NCBI GenBank assembly: GCA_030704615.1
Contig: CM060731.1
Span: forward strand, 38,626,001-38,690,000
From: Takakia lepidozioides
Taxonomy: Eukaryota > Plantae > Bryophyta
Direction: 5' to 3'
Length of the DNA stretch: 64,000 nt
The translations under genes and the position numbers were made by a program. The notes under the pieces are model-generated. The model saw only the letters and a list, made by a program, of their open reading frames with translations, was not told the origin of the DNA and did not search any database. Positions 11,610-25,200 of the stretch are shown here, piece by piece; position 1 is the stretch's first letter, and each line of letters opens with the position of its first letter.

Positions 11610-14600
11610 TGTCGCGGCCCTTTGCCTTGAGGGCAGGGGGTCGGGACACATGAGGGGCTGCCCCTGTGGTGGGGGGCAGCGGCAGCGATAGGTATGGGGG
11701 GCTGAAGCACCCTTGAGTGCCCAAGGCACTCAAGGAGGCGGAGGCGCTCACTAGGTGGAGCCCCGCACACCGGGTTGCGGTGGAGGTGGCTCCACAAGGG
11801 GTGGTGGTAGCTTAGTGGGACTTAGTGGGGGTGGCATAGGACTCACCATGGGGGTGGAGACCTCGAGGTGGGAGTCGTGGGGAGTCTTGGGACTCATCAC
11901 GGTCCATGGGGCCGTGGTGAGTGGGCCAAGACTCACCGCGACTCACCACCGGGAGTCGAGGGTTTTCGTGGTGGTTCGCCATAAAATGGCATGGCTGGTT
12001 ATGAAACCCCCGCGGACAGCTACAGAAGTATATATAGGGAGTAGTAACCCCGAGAACGGTGCAAGCCCGTTGGTGACCAAAAACTAGTGAGTAAGCGAGC
12101 GAGCCGGAAAGCGACCAAAGAGTGGGGAGCTGTTCCGGACTGCCATCTACCAAAGGGAATTCTCCTAGTCCCAAATAGGTGGAGGGTTTAGAGGAAGCGA
12201 AGGGGGACCGTTATGTCCCGGTGAGCAGCCGAAGCTCCAAGTTGGCCCGGCGGCCAGGTTGGGAGTCAGGCGCGCGCATCAAAGCGAGTAACTATGACTT
12301 GAAGGGGAGTTTACCGAAGTGAGGTGCGCGACACTTGGTATCAGAGCTTAGAGTTCAGTACGCGATCGTCCTTGGGATTGGCCTCATCATGGGGTCGGGC
12401 AAGCCGAAGCGAAAGCGGAACGGCCCAAAAGATGATGATCCCGGTGAGCCCGATGGGGGCGACGTGTCACCGAGGCGGCCGTTTGAGGAAGCGATGAATG
12501 TTTCCGAAAACGAGGCCGCTCAAGAGCGGGAGGAATCCGAGGAGTCGGAGCCCGAGGAATCCTGAGAGCTCCGACAAACCAAGAGATGCCTCCCATGCCG
12601 GCAGCCTTTTGGGAAGGGTTGTTGGCGCAGTTTGGCGGGACGTTTGAAAGACGTGTTGAAGGCGGCTAATGCCACTTCCACTAAGGGCAAAGTTTAAGGT
12701 GAAGCCTAAGGAACCCGGCACCTTCGAGGGCGTTCGAAACCGGAAGGCACTCAACACCTGGCTCCTGGAGCTAGAGCAGTACTTCCGGGCGGCCAAGTTG
12801 AGTGACGAGGATCGGGTGGAAGTGGCTCCCACCTATTTGAGGGGCTATGCTCAACAATGGTGGCAGAAACGCCTTCACGACCGAGGCCCAAGCCCGGAAA
12901 CCTTGAACTGGAGTGGGTTCAAGGAATTGATGAAGAGACAGTTTGTGCCCCTCAACGCGTCCTGGCTTGCCCGGGACAAGATGAGGAATTTGAAGCAAAC
13001 AGATGACATTCGGGGGTATGTCCAGGCTTTCAATGTGCTGTTGCTCGAAGTCGCGGACATGGCAGAACCAGAAATGGTCTTCAACTTTGTGGCGGGACTG
13101 GCCCCATGGGCTAGGCGGAAGTTGGAGGAGAAGCCACCCAAGACTTTGAACGAGGCAATTGAGAGGCTGAATGTTTCTCGGATGTCCCTAGGGGTGAGAG
13201 ACAAGGCCGTACGGAGCTGAACCACAAGAAGACCCGGCGGGAAGGTGACTCCTCCGACCGGAAAAGAAGTGGGATAGGCCACGCGGCGAAATGGCACGTG
13301 GAAATCGAAGGGAGGGCCTTCACACGTCAAGGCGGCACCCGGTGCTTCGAAAGGAAAAGCGGGTGGAGCGGCTTATGGCGGACAGAAGGCGACCTTTGAT
13401 GGAGTGTGTTTCAATTGCGGGGAGCCCGGGCACATGGCCAAGAAGTGCACGAAGCCCCGGCAATTGAACATGACTCGGGCGACCACGGAGCTGTCGGAAG
13501 ATACCATCAGTCGCTTGGTGGAAGCGGTGGTCGCCAGGACTTGCAAGGTAGGCAAATTTTCTTGTGAGTTGTATCAGGAAACTGGCGCCTTACGTAAAGG
13601 GAGTCAGTTATTCGTGGATGGGATAATATCCGGAAAACTGTGTCGTTGTTGGTGGACACAGGAGCGTCGCACTCCTTCATGACGCCGGCGGCGGCGCGAA
13701 AGTTGGGACTCCCGACAAGTGACGTGGGGGCCTCTATTGAGGTGCGCTCTGCCAAAGGAGAACTCAGTTGGCGACAAGGTTGGCGTTTGATGTTCCTCTT
13801 CAACTGGGGAGTTGGGAGGGACGTGAGAACTTCACTATCTGCGAGATCGATGGAGTGGATCTCATTTTGGGGATGACCTTTTTGAGCAAATCCGGAGCGG
13901 TCATAGATGGCCGCAAGAGAGTAGTCACGCTGCCATGTGGGAATGGTGGCGAGGTTTTACGAGTGTCGGAAACGCCCAAATCCGTGGGAGGGCGAATAAA
14001 CCTTCTGTCAGCAAAGGAGTGGGCCGTGGAGGAGGCACACGAGTCCCAGTTTTTGCTTTACATTAGAGAAGTGAAAGGAGAAGGCGATGGGGAGCCGAGC
14101 CCAGATTGGATCAAGGGGATTTTGGAGAAATACCAGGATGTGATGCCGGAGGATTTACCAAGCGGCTTGCCACCGCGAAGAGGAGTTGACCACAAGATTG
14201 AGGTGATACCGGGATCGGAACCGCCTGCCAAGGCGCCCTACCGGTTGAGCCACAGAGAGTTGGTCGAGCTGAAGACTCAGCTCAAGGATCTAATGTCAAA
14301 GGGGTACATCCGGCCGAGTAAGTCACCTTACGGAGCCCCGGTGCTATTGCAGACAAGAAGGATGGGACGCTGCGGATGTGTGTCGATTACAGGGCTCTGA
14401 ATAAGGTGACTATCAAAAACCGGTACCCTTTGCCAAGGATCGACGACCTCTCTTCGATCGGTTGGCAGGAGCGAAGTATTTCAGCCGGATCGACTTGCGC
14501 TCGGCTATCACCAAATTCGGGTGGCGGAAGGAGAAGGATGAGGAGAAGACCGCGTGCAGGACAAGGTATGGTTCATATGAGTTCTTGGTGATGCCTTTTG

Positions 14601-17600
14601 GGCTCACCAATGCACCAGCGACATTTAGCACGCTGATGAACAGCCTTTTCCAGGAGTGGTTGGATGACTTTGTGATCGTGTACATCGACGACATCTTGGT
14701 GTACTCGAAAACAAAGGAGGAGCACCTGGAGCACCTCAAAAGGGTGTTCCAAAAATTGCGGGAAGGGAAGCTGTATGCCAAAGCTTCAAAGTGCGAATTC
14801 GGGGTCACAAAAGTGGAGTTCCTGGGGCATGTGATTACACAGGATGGGATCAAAATGGATGACAGAAAGGTGAGGGCGATCTTGGACTGGGAGCCTCCGA
14901 CTTCGGTCCCGGGAGTGCGATCCTTCCTAGGACTCGCCTCCTATTACCGGAAGTATGTGAGAAATTTCGCCAAGATCGCGGGGCCGCTGTCGGACCTTCT
15001 GTGTAAATCCAAAGTCTGGGTATGGAACACATTTTGTGGCCAAGCTTTTGCTGAATTGAAGCAGCGGATGACGGAAGCTCCAGTCTTGAAAATCCCGGAG
15101 TTCGATCGTCCGTTTGAGATTCATACAGATGCATCGGACTTCGCGATTGGGGGTGTACTTATGCAAGATGGACGTCCAGGCTTACGAAAGTAAGAAACTG
15201 AATGAAGTGGAGCGACGGTGGCCGACGCACGAAAAAGAGATGAAGGCGGTGGTGCATTGCCTTGACTCTGGCGCCACTATGTTGGTTCCAACCCAGTGAA
15301 GGTGTTCACGGACAATGTCACGGTGAAGTATTTTGCCACGCAGCCCAAGTTGTCCCCAAAACAACTTAGGTGGCAAGATACTTTGGCAGTGTTCGACGTG
15401 GATATCCAGTACAAACCGGGACGGGACAATGTGGTGGCCGATGCTTTAAGTAGAAAGCAGCAGCTCTTGTTGGTGTACAAGGGCGAGACGGCGCTCCAAG
15501 GAAGATCCGGAAGGCTTGCCGGAAGGATGAGCTGGCCGTGATGCAGGACTTGAGAATGGGGGTTAAATCGCAGTTCCACTTGCAAAAAGGACTGCTCCGG
15601 TATAAGCAAAAACGTCTCTATGTGCCAAAGGGAGGGATCAGAGATAGCCTCTTGAGAGAATGCCATGATAGCCCGCTTGCGGGCCACGGCGGAGCCAAGC
15701 GCACTGCGGCACTCTTGAAGAAAGAGTATTTCTGGCCCAAACTGAGGGAGGAGGCAGAGGAGTATGTCAAGACATGCACCACATGCCAAAAAACCGGAGC
15801 GAGTACAAAAAGCAAGCGGGGCTGTTACAACCCTTGCCGATTCCAGAGGGGACTTGGGAAAGCGTCTCGATGGATTTCATGACTGCTATGCCGCTGTCAA
15901 AAGGATTCGATGCAATCATGGTGGTGGTAGATAGGTTCAGTAAAATGGCCCATTTCATCCCCACCAAGGAGACGGCAACGGCGCAGGAGACAGGGCGACT
16001 TTACTTCGCCCACGTCTTAAAGCATCATGGAGTCCCGAAGGATATTGTCTCGGACCGCGATCCAAAGTTTACGAGTAAATTTTGGAGAGCACTTTGGAAG
16101 AAGATGGGGACGAGGCTGAAGATGAGCACCGCCTTCCGACCTACGACGGACGGCCAAACGGAAAGAAAGAGTGAATTCCGTAGTGAAGCAATTCTTGCGG
16201 AATTACGTGTCGGCAGACCAATCAGACTGGATGGAACACTTAGACGCGGCAGAGTTCTGTTATAATAACACAGAACACTCCGCAACGGGAGTTTCCCCTT
16301 TTGTGTTGGTCTATGGAAAAGCACCTCTGGTGCCGACAAGTTGGGCCGCCCAGGACGTTGAGGAACGGCAGTAGCGGCGGTACTGGAAGAACGCGAGCGT
16401 TTGTTGAAGCTCGCAAAGTACAACATTGCCAAAGCTAGGAAACGGTATGAAAGGCAGGCGAATCGGAAGCGGAGGGAAGTGAAGTTTGAGGCAGGCACAG
16501 AGGTCTGGTTGAACATCAAGAATTTTCGACTACCTCCGGAAGTGAGTCCGAAGTTCGTACCTCCGTATGCGGGTCCCTTTCGCATTCGGAGGTTATGAAT
16601 GAGGATGTGTATGAATTGGAGCTGCCGGCAAACAGCAAGGTGCACCCAGTATTCCATGTCTCCCTTTTGAAGCCTTACTTCAAAGATGAAGCACGTCCGA
16701 ATCGGCATCAAGTGTTGCGTCCGCCACCTATGCTGTTGGATCATGAAAATGAACCCGAGTACGAGGTGGAGGCAATACTTAAGTCGAGGAGGTTCAAGAA
16801 CCGAGAAACGGAGTATCTCGTCAAATGGAAGGGCTATCATCTTGTGGAGGCATCTTGGGTGCGTGCCTCAGAAATGGGAAACGCATCCGAGGCAGTTGCA
16901 GCGTTCGAAGGGCGACCTCAAAAGCGGAAGAAGCGTTGATGGGGACATCAACCTTGGAGCGTGGGGGAGGAAATGCATGCTTAGCCCGGTTTAGCTAGCT
17001 CAGGAATCCGATTGCAAAAACTTGTATTGTACAAAAATTTGTTAAAGGAAATGGGTTCCAAATATTGTGCGTCCTATTGTGTTTGGAATGGTGATGCATG
17101 GTGTGGTTGGCTAGTGTGTAGAATGCATGCTAGCTTACAAAAGTGGGAGAGGTAAATTGGGTTAATCGTGTGTTTGCGCAGTGCCGAAATCGGGTGACTC
17201 CCATCCAAGGGGCAAGGAAACTTGCGCCTTTTGGGAGTTCACGTGCTAGTGCGCACCTGGCGCGTGCGCGTACTATAACTGCGCTACCGAGGGGGTTGCC
17301 TTGTAGTGCGGGCTAACGCGGAAGCTACGTGCTTCCGTTCACGTACTATAATCGTGTAGCCTCGGGACGAAGTCGTAGTGCGGCTTCGGCGTGTTCCGTA
17401 CCTCAGGCCAGCATTCCAAGGCGGACCCAATTGTAGTGATTGGGGCGCACGGTTGGTTCAAGGTTATCTTCCTAGTCAAAGAGGGTTCCAGGATGAACCT
17501 TGCTCAAGGTGATGCCAAAAGCGGCATCATGAGCGATCGCAAGCAATGTTTGTTGCAGTAAGGCGATTCGATCCTCGGGGAGGATCGTTCCTTGGCCTTG

Positions 17601-18548
17601 AAGTAGGCCAAGAAGAGTGCACTGGGAGGAGCTGGAGAGGCTCCCCCCTTGGCCGGACTTGGAGGAAGTCGGCCGAACTAGCTAGTGGAGAGTGGAGTCA
17701 AGTGTGGGGTTTGGTTCTTTGCCATGGGACGCCATGGTACGGAAACAACTCCTTGATGTGGGCCACAACTTGGATGTTCGTTTCTACAAAATGGACAAGT
17801 CGATGAGGACATCGACTCCCTGTTGGTAGGGGTGTGTGTCGCGGCCTTTGCCTTGAGGGCAGGGTCGGGACACATGAGGGGCTGCCCCTGTGGTGGGGGC
17901 AGCGGCACGATAGGTATGGGGGGCTGAAGCCCTTGAGTGCCCAAGGCACTCAAGGAGGCGGAGGCGCTCACTAGGTGGAGCCCCGCACACCGGGTTGCGG
18001 TGGGGTGGCTCCACAAGGGGTGGTGGTAGCTTAGTGGGACTTAGTTGGGGTGGCATAGGACTCACCATGGGGTGGAGACCTCGTGGTGGGAGTCGTGGGG
18101 AGTCTTGGGACTCATCACGGTCCATTGGGGCCGCGGTGATTGGGCCAAGACTCACCGCGACTCACCACCGGGAGTCGAGGGTTTTCGTGGTGGTTCGCCA
18201 TAAAATGGCATGGCTGGTTGTGAAACCCCCGCGGACAGCTACAGAAGTATATATAGGGAGTAGTAACCCCGAGAACGGTGCAAGCCCGTTGGTGACCAAA
18301 AACTAGTGAGTAAGCGAGCGAGCCGGAAAGCGACCAAGAGTGGGGAGCTGTTCCGGACTGCCATCTACCAAAGGGAATTCTCCTAGTCCAAATGGTGGAG
18401 GTTTTAGAGAAGCGAATGGGGACCGTTATGTCCCGGTGAGTAGCCGAAACTCCAAGTTGGCCCGGCGGCCAGGTTGGGAGTCAGGCGCGCGCATCAAAGC
18501 GATTAACTATGACTTGAAGGGGAGTTTACCGAAGTGAGGTGCGCGACA
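11610..18548 (+). mobile_element. Complete family-A chromoviral Gypsy element, Galadriel-like: LTR3 11610-12333, LTR4 17837-18548
   Basis: Two LTRs, Met PBS, gag-pol, ~900-bp 3' UTR and PPT. RNase H/integrase wording and the Met PBS resemble the Galadriel clade. Confidence 0.9.
12389..16939 (+). CDS. Family-A gag-pol copy 3 with C-terminal chromodomain (frameshifts possibly sequencing errors)
   Basis: [10 protein letters not shown] start; RT YIDD; integrase HHCC/DDE; [12 protein letters not shown]; chromodomain EYEVEAIL...YLVKWKGY...SW. Confidence 0.85.
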
Positions 18549-19230
18549 TGGCTAGTGTGTAGAATGCATGCTAGCTTATAAAAGTGGGAGAGGTAAATTG
18601 GGTTAATCGTGTGTTTGCGTAGTGCCGAAATCGGTGACCCCCATCCAAGGGGCAAGGAAACTTGCGCCTTCTTGGGAGTTCACGTGCTAGTGCGCACCTG
18701 GCGCGTGCGCGTATTATAACTGCGCTACCGAAGGGTTGCCTTGTAGTGCGGAAATGCGGAAGCTACGTGCTTCCGTTCACGTACTATAATCGTGTAGCCT
18801 CGGGACGAAAGTCGTACTGCGGCTTCGGCGTGTTCCGTACCTCAGGCCAGCATTCCAAGGCGGACCCAATTGTAGTGATTGGCGCACGGTTGGTTCAAGG
18901 TTATCTTCCTAGTCAAAAAGGTTCAAGGACCCCTTGCTCAAGGTGCCAAAAAAGTGCATCACAAGCGGTCACAAGCAATGTTGTTGCAGTAAGGCGATTT
19001 GATCCTCGGGGAGGATCGTTCCTTGGCCTGAAGTGGGCCAAGAAGAGTGCACTGGGAAAGCTTGAGAGGCTCCACCCTTGGCGGACTTGAGGAAGTCGGC
19101 CGAACTAGCTAGGAGAGTAGAGTCAAGTGGGGGTTGGTTCTTAGCCATGGGACGCATGGTGTGGAAACAAACTCCTGATGTGGGAGCCACAACTTGCGTT
19201 CTACAAATTGACAAGTCGATGAGGACATCG
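18549..19230 (+). mobile_element. Remainder of an alpha-type family-A 3' UTR (host element interrupted by insertions)
   Basis: Matches 247-886 and resumes at 26187-26208, which carries the PPT. Confidence 0.88.
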
Positions 19231-22200
19231 TTCGCGCACCTCACTCCGGTAACTCCCCTTCAAGTCATAGTTACTCGCTTTGATGCGCGCGCCTGACTCC
19301 CAACCTGGCCGCCGGGCCAACTTGGAGCTTCGGCTGCTCACCGGGACATAACGGTCCCCTTCCTTTCCCCTAAACCCTCCACCTATTTGGGACTAGGAGA
19401 ATTCCCTTTGGTAGATGGCAGTCCGGAACAGCTCCCCACTCTTTGGTCGCTTTCCGGCTCGCTCGCTTACTCACTAGTTTTTGGTCACCAACGGGCTTGC
19501 ACCGTTCTCGGGTTACTACTCCCTATATATACTTCTGTAGCTGTCCGCGGGGGTTTCATAACCAGCCATGCCATTTTATGGCGAACCACCACGAAAACCC
19601 TCGACTCCCGGTGGTGAGTCGCGGTGAGTCTTGGCCCACTCACCGCGGCCCCAATGGACCGTGATGAGTCCCAAGACTCCCCACGACTCCCACCTCGAGG
19701 TCTCCACCCCATGGTGAGTCCTATGCCACCCCCACTAAGTCCCACTAAGCTACCACCACCCCTTGTGGAGCCACCTCCACCGCAACCCGGTGTGCGGGGC
19801 TCCACCTAGTGAGCGCCTCCGCCTCCTTGAGTGCCTTGGGCACTCAAGGGTGCTTCAGCCCCCCATACCTATCGCTGCCGCTGCCCCCACCACAGGGGCA
19901 GCCCCTCATGTGTCCCGACCCCCTGCCCTCAAGGCAAAGGGCCGCGACACACACCCCTACCAACAGGAGTCGATGTCCTCATCGACTTGTCCATTTTGTA
20001 GAAACGAACATCCAAGTTGTGGCGTCCCACATCAAGGAGTTTGTTTCCGTACCATGGCGTCCCATGGCAAAGAACCAAACCCCACACTTGACTCCACTCT
20101 CCACTAGCTAGTTCGGCCGACTTCCTCCAAGTCCCGGCCAAGGGTGGAGCCTCTCCAGCTCCTCCCAGTGCACTCTTCTTGGCCTACTTCAAGGCCAAGG
20201 AACGATCCTCCCCGAGGATCGAATCGCCTTACTGCAACAACATTGCTTGCGATCGCTCATGATGCCGCTTTTGGCATCACCTTGAGCAAGGGTTCACCTG
20301 GAACCCTCTTTGACTAGGAAGATAACCTTGAACCAACCGTGCGCCCCAATCACTACAATTGGGTCCGCCTTGGAATGCTGGCCTGAGGTACGGGAACACG
20401 CCGAAGCCGCACTACGACTTCGTCCCGAGGCTACACGATTATAGTACGTGAACGGAAGCACGTAGCTTCCGCGTTAGCCCGCACTACAAGGCAACCCCCT
20501 CGGTAGCGCAGTTATAGTACGCGCACGCGCCAGGTGCGCACTAGCACTTGAACTCCCAAAAAGGCGCAAGTTTCCTTGCCCCTTGGATGGGAGTCACCCG
20601 ATTTCGGCACTGCGCAAACACACGATTAACCCAATTTACCTCTCCCACTTTTGTAAGCTAGCATGCATTCTACACACCAGCCAACCACACCATGCATCAC
20701 CATTCCAAACACAATAGGACGCACAATATTTGGAACCCATTTCCTTTATCACAAATTTTTGTACAATACAAGTTTTTGCAATCGGATTCCTGAGCTAGCT
20801 AAACCGGGCTAAGCATGCATTTCCTCCCCCACGCTCCAAGGTTGATGTCCCCATCAACGCTTCTTCCGCTTTTGAGGTCGCCCTTCGAACGCTGCAACCG
20901 CCTCGGATGCGTTTCCCATTTCTGAGGCACGCACCCAAGATGCCTCCACAAGATGATAGCCCTTCCATTTGACGAGATATCTCCGTTTCTCGGTTCTTGA
21001 ACCTCCTCGACTTAAGTATTGCCTCCACCTCGTACTCGGGTTCATTTTCATGATCCAACAGCATAGGTGGCGGACGCAACACTTGCTGCCGATTCGGACG
21101 TGCTTCATCTTTGAAGTAAGGCTTCAAAAGGGAGACATGGAATACTGGGTGCACCTTGCTGTTTGCTGGCAGCTCCAATTCATACACATCCTCATTCATA
21201 ACCTCCGAATGCGAAAGGGACCCGCATACGGAGGTACGAACTTCGGACTCATTTCCGGAGGTAGTCGAAATTCTTGATGTTCAACCAGACCTCTGTGCCT
21301 GCCTCAAACTTCACTTCCCTCCGCTTCCGATTCGCCTGCCTTTCATACCGTTTCCTAGCTTTGGCAATGTTGTACTTTGCGAGCTTCAACAAACGCTCGC
21401 GTTCTTCCAGTACCGCCGCTACTGCCGGTTCCTCAACGTCCTGGGCGGCCCAACTTGTCGGCACCAGAGGTGCTTTTCCATAGACCAACACAAAGGGGAA
21501 ACTCCCGTCGCGGAGTGTTCTGTGTTATTATAACAGAACTCTGCCGCGTCTAAGTGTTCCATCCAGTCTGATTGGTCTGCCGACACGTAATTCCGCAAGA
21601 ATTGCTTCACTACGGAATTCACTCTTTCCGTTTGGCCGTCCGTCGTAGGTCGGAAGGCGGTGCTCATCTTCAGCCTCGTCCCCATCTTCTTCCAAAGTGC
21701 TCTCCAGAATTTACTCGTAAACTTTGGATCGCGGTCCGAGACAATATCCTTCGGGACTCCATGATGCTTTAAGACGTGGGCGAAGTAAAGTCGCCCTGTC
21801 TCCTGCGCAGTTGCCGTCTCCTTGGTGGGGATGAAATGGGCCATTTTACTGAACCTATCTACCACCACCATGATTGCATCGAATCCTTTTGACAGCGGCA
21901 TAGCAGTCATGAAATCCATCGAGACGCTTTCCCAAGTCCCCTCTGGAATCGGCAAGGGTTGTAACAGCCCCGCTTGCTTTTTATACTCGCTCCGGTTTTG
22001 TTGGCATGTGGTGCATGTCTTGACATACTCCTCTGCCTCCTCCCTCAGTTTGGGCCAGAAATACTCTTTCTTCAAGAGTGCCGCAGTGCGCTTGGCTCCA
22101 CCGTGGCCCGCAAGCGGGCTATCATGGCATTCTCTCAAGAGACTATCCCTGATCCCTCCCTTTGGCACATAGAGACGTTTTTGCTTATACCGGAGCAGTC

Positions 22201-25200
22201 CGTTTTGCAAGTGGAACTGCGATTTAACCCCCATTCTCAAGTCTGCATCACGCACTTTGCCAGCTCATCCTTCCGGCAAGCCTTCCGGATCTTCCTTTGG
22301 AGCGCCGTCTCGCCCTTGTACACCAACAAGAGCTGCTGCTTTCTACTTAAAGCATCGGCCACCACATTGTCCCGTCCCGGTTTGTACTGGATATCCACGT
22401 CGAACACTGCCAAAGTATCTTGCCACCTAAGTTGTTTTGGGGACAACTTGGGCTGCGTGGCAAAATACTTCACCGTGACATTGTCCGTGAACACCTTCAC
22501 TGGGTTGGAACCAACATAGTGGCGCCAGAGTTCAAGGCAATACCACCGCCTTCATCTCTTTTTCGTGCGTCGGCCACCGTCGCTCCACTTCATTCAGTTT
22601 CTTTCTTACTTTCGTAAGCCACTGGACGTCCATCTTGCATAAGTACACCCCCAATTGCGAAGTCCGATGCATCTGTATGAATCTCAAACGGACGATCGAA
22701 CTCCGGGATTTTTAAGACTGGAGCTTCCGTCATCCGCTGCTTCAATTCAGCAAAAGCTTGGCCACAAAATGTGTTCCATACCCAGACTTTGGATTTACAC
22801 AGAAGGTCCGACAGCGGCCCCGCGATCTTGGCGAAATTTCTCACATACTTCCGGTAATAGGAGGCGAGTCCTAGGAAGGATCGCACTCCCGGGACCGAAG
22901 TCGGAGGCTCCCAGTCCAAGATCGCCCTCACCTTTCTGTCATCCATTTTGATCCCATCCTGTGTAATCACGTGCCCCAAGAACTCCACTTTTGTGACCCC
23001 GAATTCGCACTTTGAAGCTTTGGCATACAGCTTCCCTTCTCGCAATTTTTGGAACACCCTTTTGAGGTGCTCCAGGTGCTCCTCCTTTGTTTTCGAGTAC
23101 ACCAAGATGTCGTCGATGTACACGATCACAAAGTCATCCAACCACTCCTGGAAAAGGCTGTTCATCAGCGTGCTAATGTCGCTGGTGCATTGGTGAGCCC
23201 AAAAGGCATCACCAAGAACTCATATGAACCATACCTTGTCCTGCACGCGTCTTCTCCTCATCTCCTTCCGCCACCCGAATTTGGTGATAGCCGGAGCGCA
23301 AGTCGATCCGGCTGAAATACTTCGCTCCTGCCAACCGATCGAAGAGGTCGTCGATCCTTGGCAAAGGGTACCGGTTTTTGATAGTCACCTTATTCAGAGC
23401 CCTGTAATCGACACACATCCGCAGCGTCCCATCCTTCTTGTCTGCAAATAGCACCGGGGCTCCGTAAGGTGACTTACTCGGCCGGATGTACCCCTTTGAC
23501 ATTAGATCTTTGAGCTGAGTCTTCAGCTCGACCAACTCTTTGTGGCTCAACCGGTAGGGCGCCTTGGCAGGCGGTTCCGATCCCGGTATCACCTCAATTT
23601 TGTGGTCAACTCCTCTTCGCGGTGGCAAGCCGCTTGGTAAATCCTCCGGCATCACATCCTGGTATTTCTCCAAAATCCCCTTGATCCAATCTGGGCTCGG
23701 CTCCCCATCGCCTTCTCCTTTCACTTCTCTAATGTAAAGCAAAAACTGGGACTCGTGTGTCTCCTCCACGGCCCACTCCTTTGCTGATAGAAGGTTTATT
23801 CGCCCTCCCACGGATTTGGGCGTTTCCGACACTCGTAAAACCTCGCCACCATTCCCACATGGCAGCGTGACTACTCTCTTGCGGCCATCTATGACCGCTC
23901 CGGATTTGCTCAAAAGGTCATTCCCAAAATGAGATCCACTCCATCGATCTCGCAGATAGTGAAGTTCTCACGTCCCTCCCAACTCCCCAGTTGAAGAGGA
24001 ACATCAAACGCCAACCTTGTCGCCAACTGAGGTTCTCCTTTGGCAGAGCGCACCTCAATAGAGGCCCCCACGTCACTTGTCGGGAGTCCCAACTTTCGCG
24101 CCGCCGCCGGCGTCATGAAGGAGTGCGACGCTCCTGTGTCCACCAACAACGACACATTAGTTCCGGATATTATCCCATCCACGAACAATAACTGACTCCC
24201 TTTTCGTAAGGCGCAGTTTCCTGATACAACTCACAAGAAAATTTGCCTACCTTGCAAGTCCTGGCGACCACCGCTTCCACCAAGCGACTGATGGTATCTT
24301 CCGACAGCTCCGTGGTCGCCCGAGTCATGTTCAATTGCCGGGGCTTCGTGCACTTCTTGGCCATGTGCCCGGGCTCCCCGCAATTGAAACACACTCCATC
24401 AAAGGTCGCCTTCTGTCCGCCATAAGCTCCACCGCTTTTCCTTTCGAAGCACCGGGTGCCGCCTTGACGTGTGAAGGACCTCCCTTCGATTTCCACGTGC
24501 CATTTTCGCCGCGTGGCCTATCCCACTTTTCCGGTCGGGAGGAGTCACCTTCCCGCCGGGTCTTCTTGTGGTTCAGCTCCGTACGGCCTTGTCTCTCACC
24601 CCTAGGGACATCCGAGAAACATTCAGCTCTCTCAATTGCCTCGTTCAAAGTCTTGGGTGGCTTCTCCTCCAACTTCCGCCTAGCCCATGGGGCCAGTCCC
24701 GCCACAAAGTTGAAGACCATTTCTGGTTCTGCCATGTCCGCGACTTCGAGCAACAGCACATTGAAAGCCTGGACATACCCCCGAATGTCATCTGTTTGCT
24801 TCAAATTCCTCATCTTGTCCCGGGCAAGCCAGGATGCGTTGAGGGGCACAACTGTCTCTTCATCAATTCCTTGAACTCACTCCAGTTCAAGGTTTCCGGG
24901 CTTGGGCCTCGGTCGTGAAGGCGTTTCTGCCACCATTGTTGAGCATTAGCCCCTCAAATAGGTGGGAGCCACTTCCACCCGATCCTCGTCACTCAACTTG
25001 GCCGCCCGGAAGTACTGCTCTAGCTCCAGGAGCCAGGTGTTGAGTGCCTTCCGGTTTCGAACGCCCTCGAAGGTGCCGGGTTCCTTAGGCTTCACCTTAA
25101 ACTTTGCCTTGGTGGAAGTGGCATTAGCCGCCTTCAACACGTCTTTCAACGTCCCGCCAAACTGCGCCAACAACCCTTCCCAAAAGGCTGCCGGCATGGG

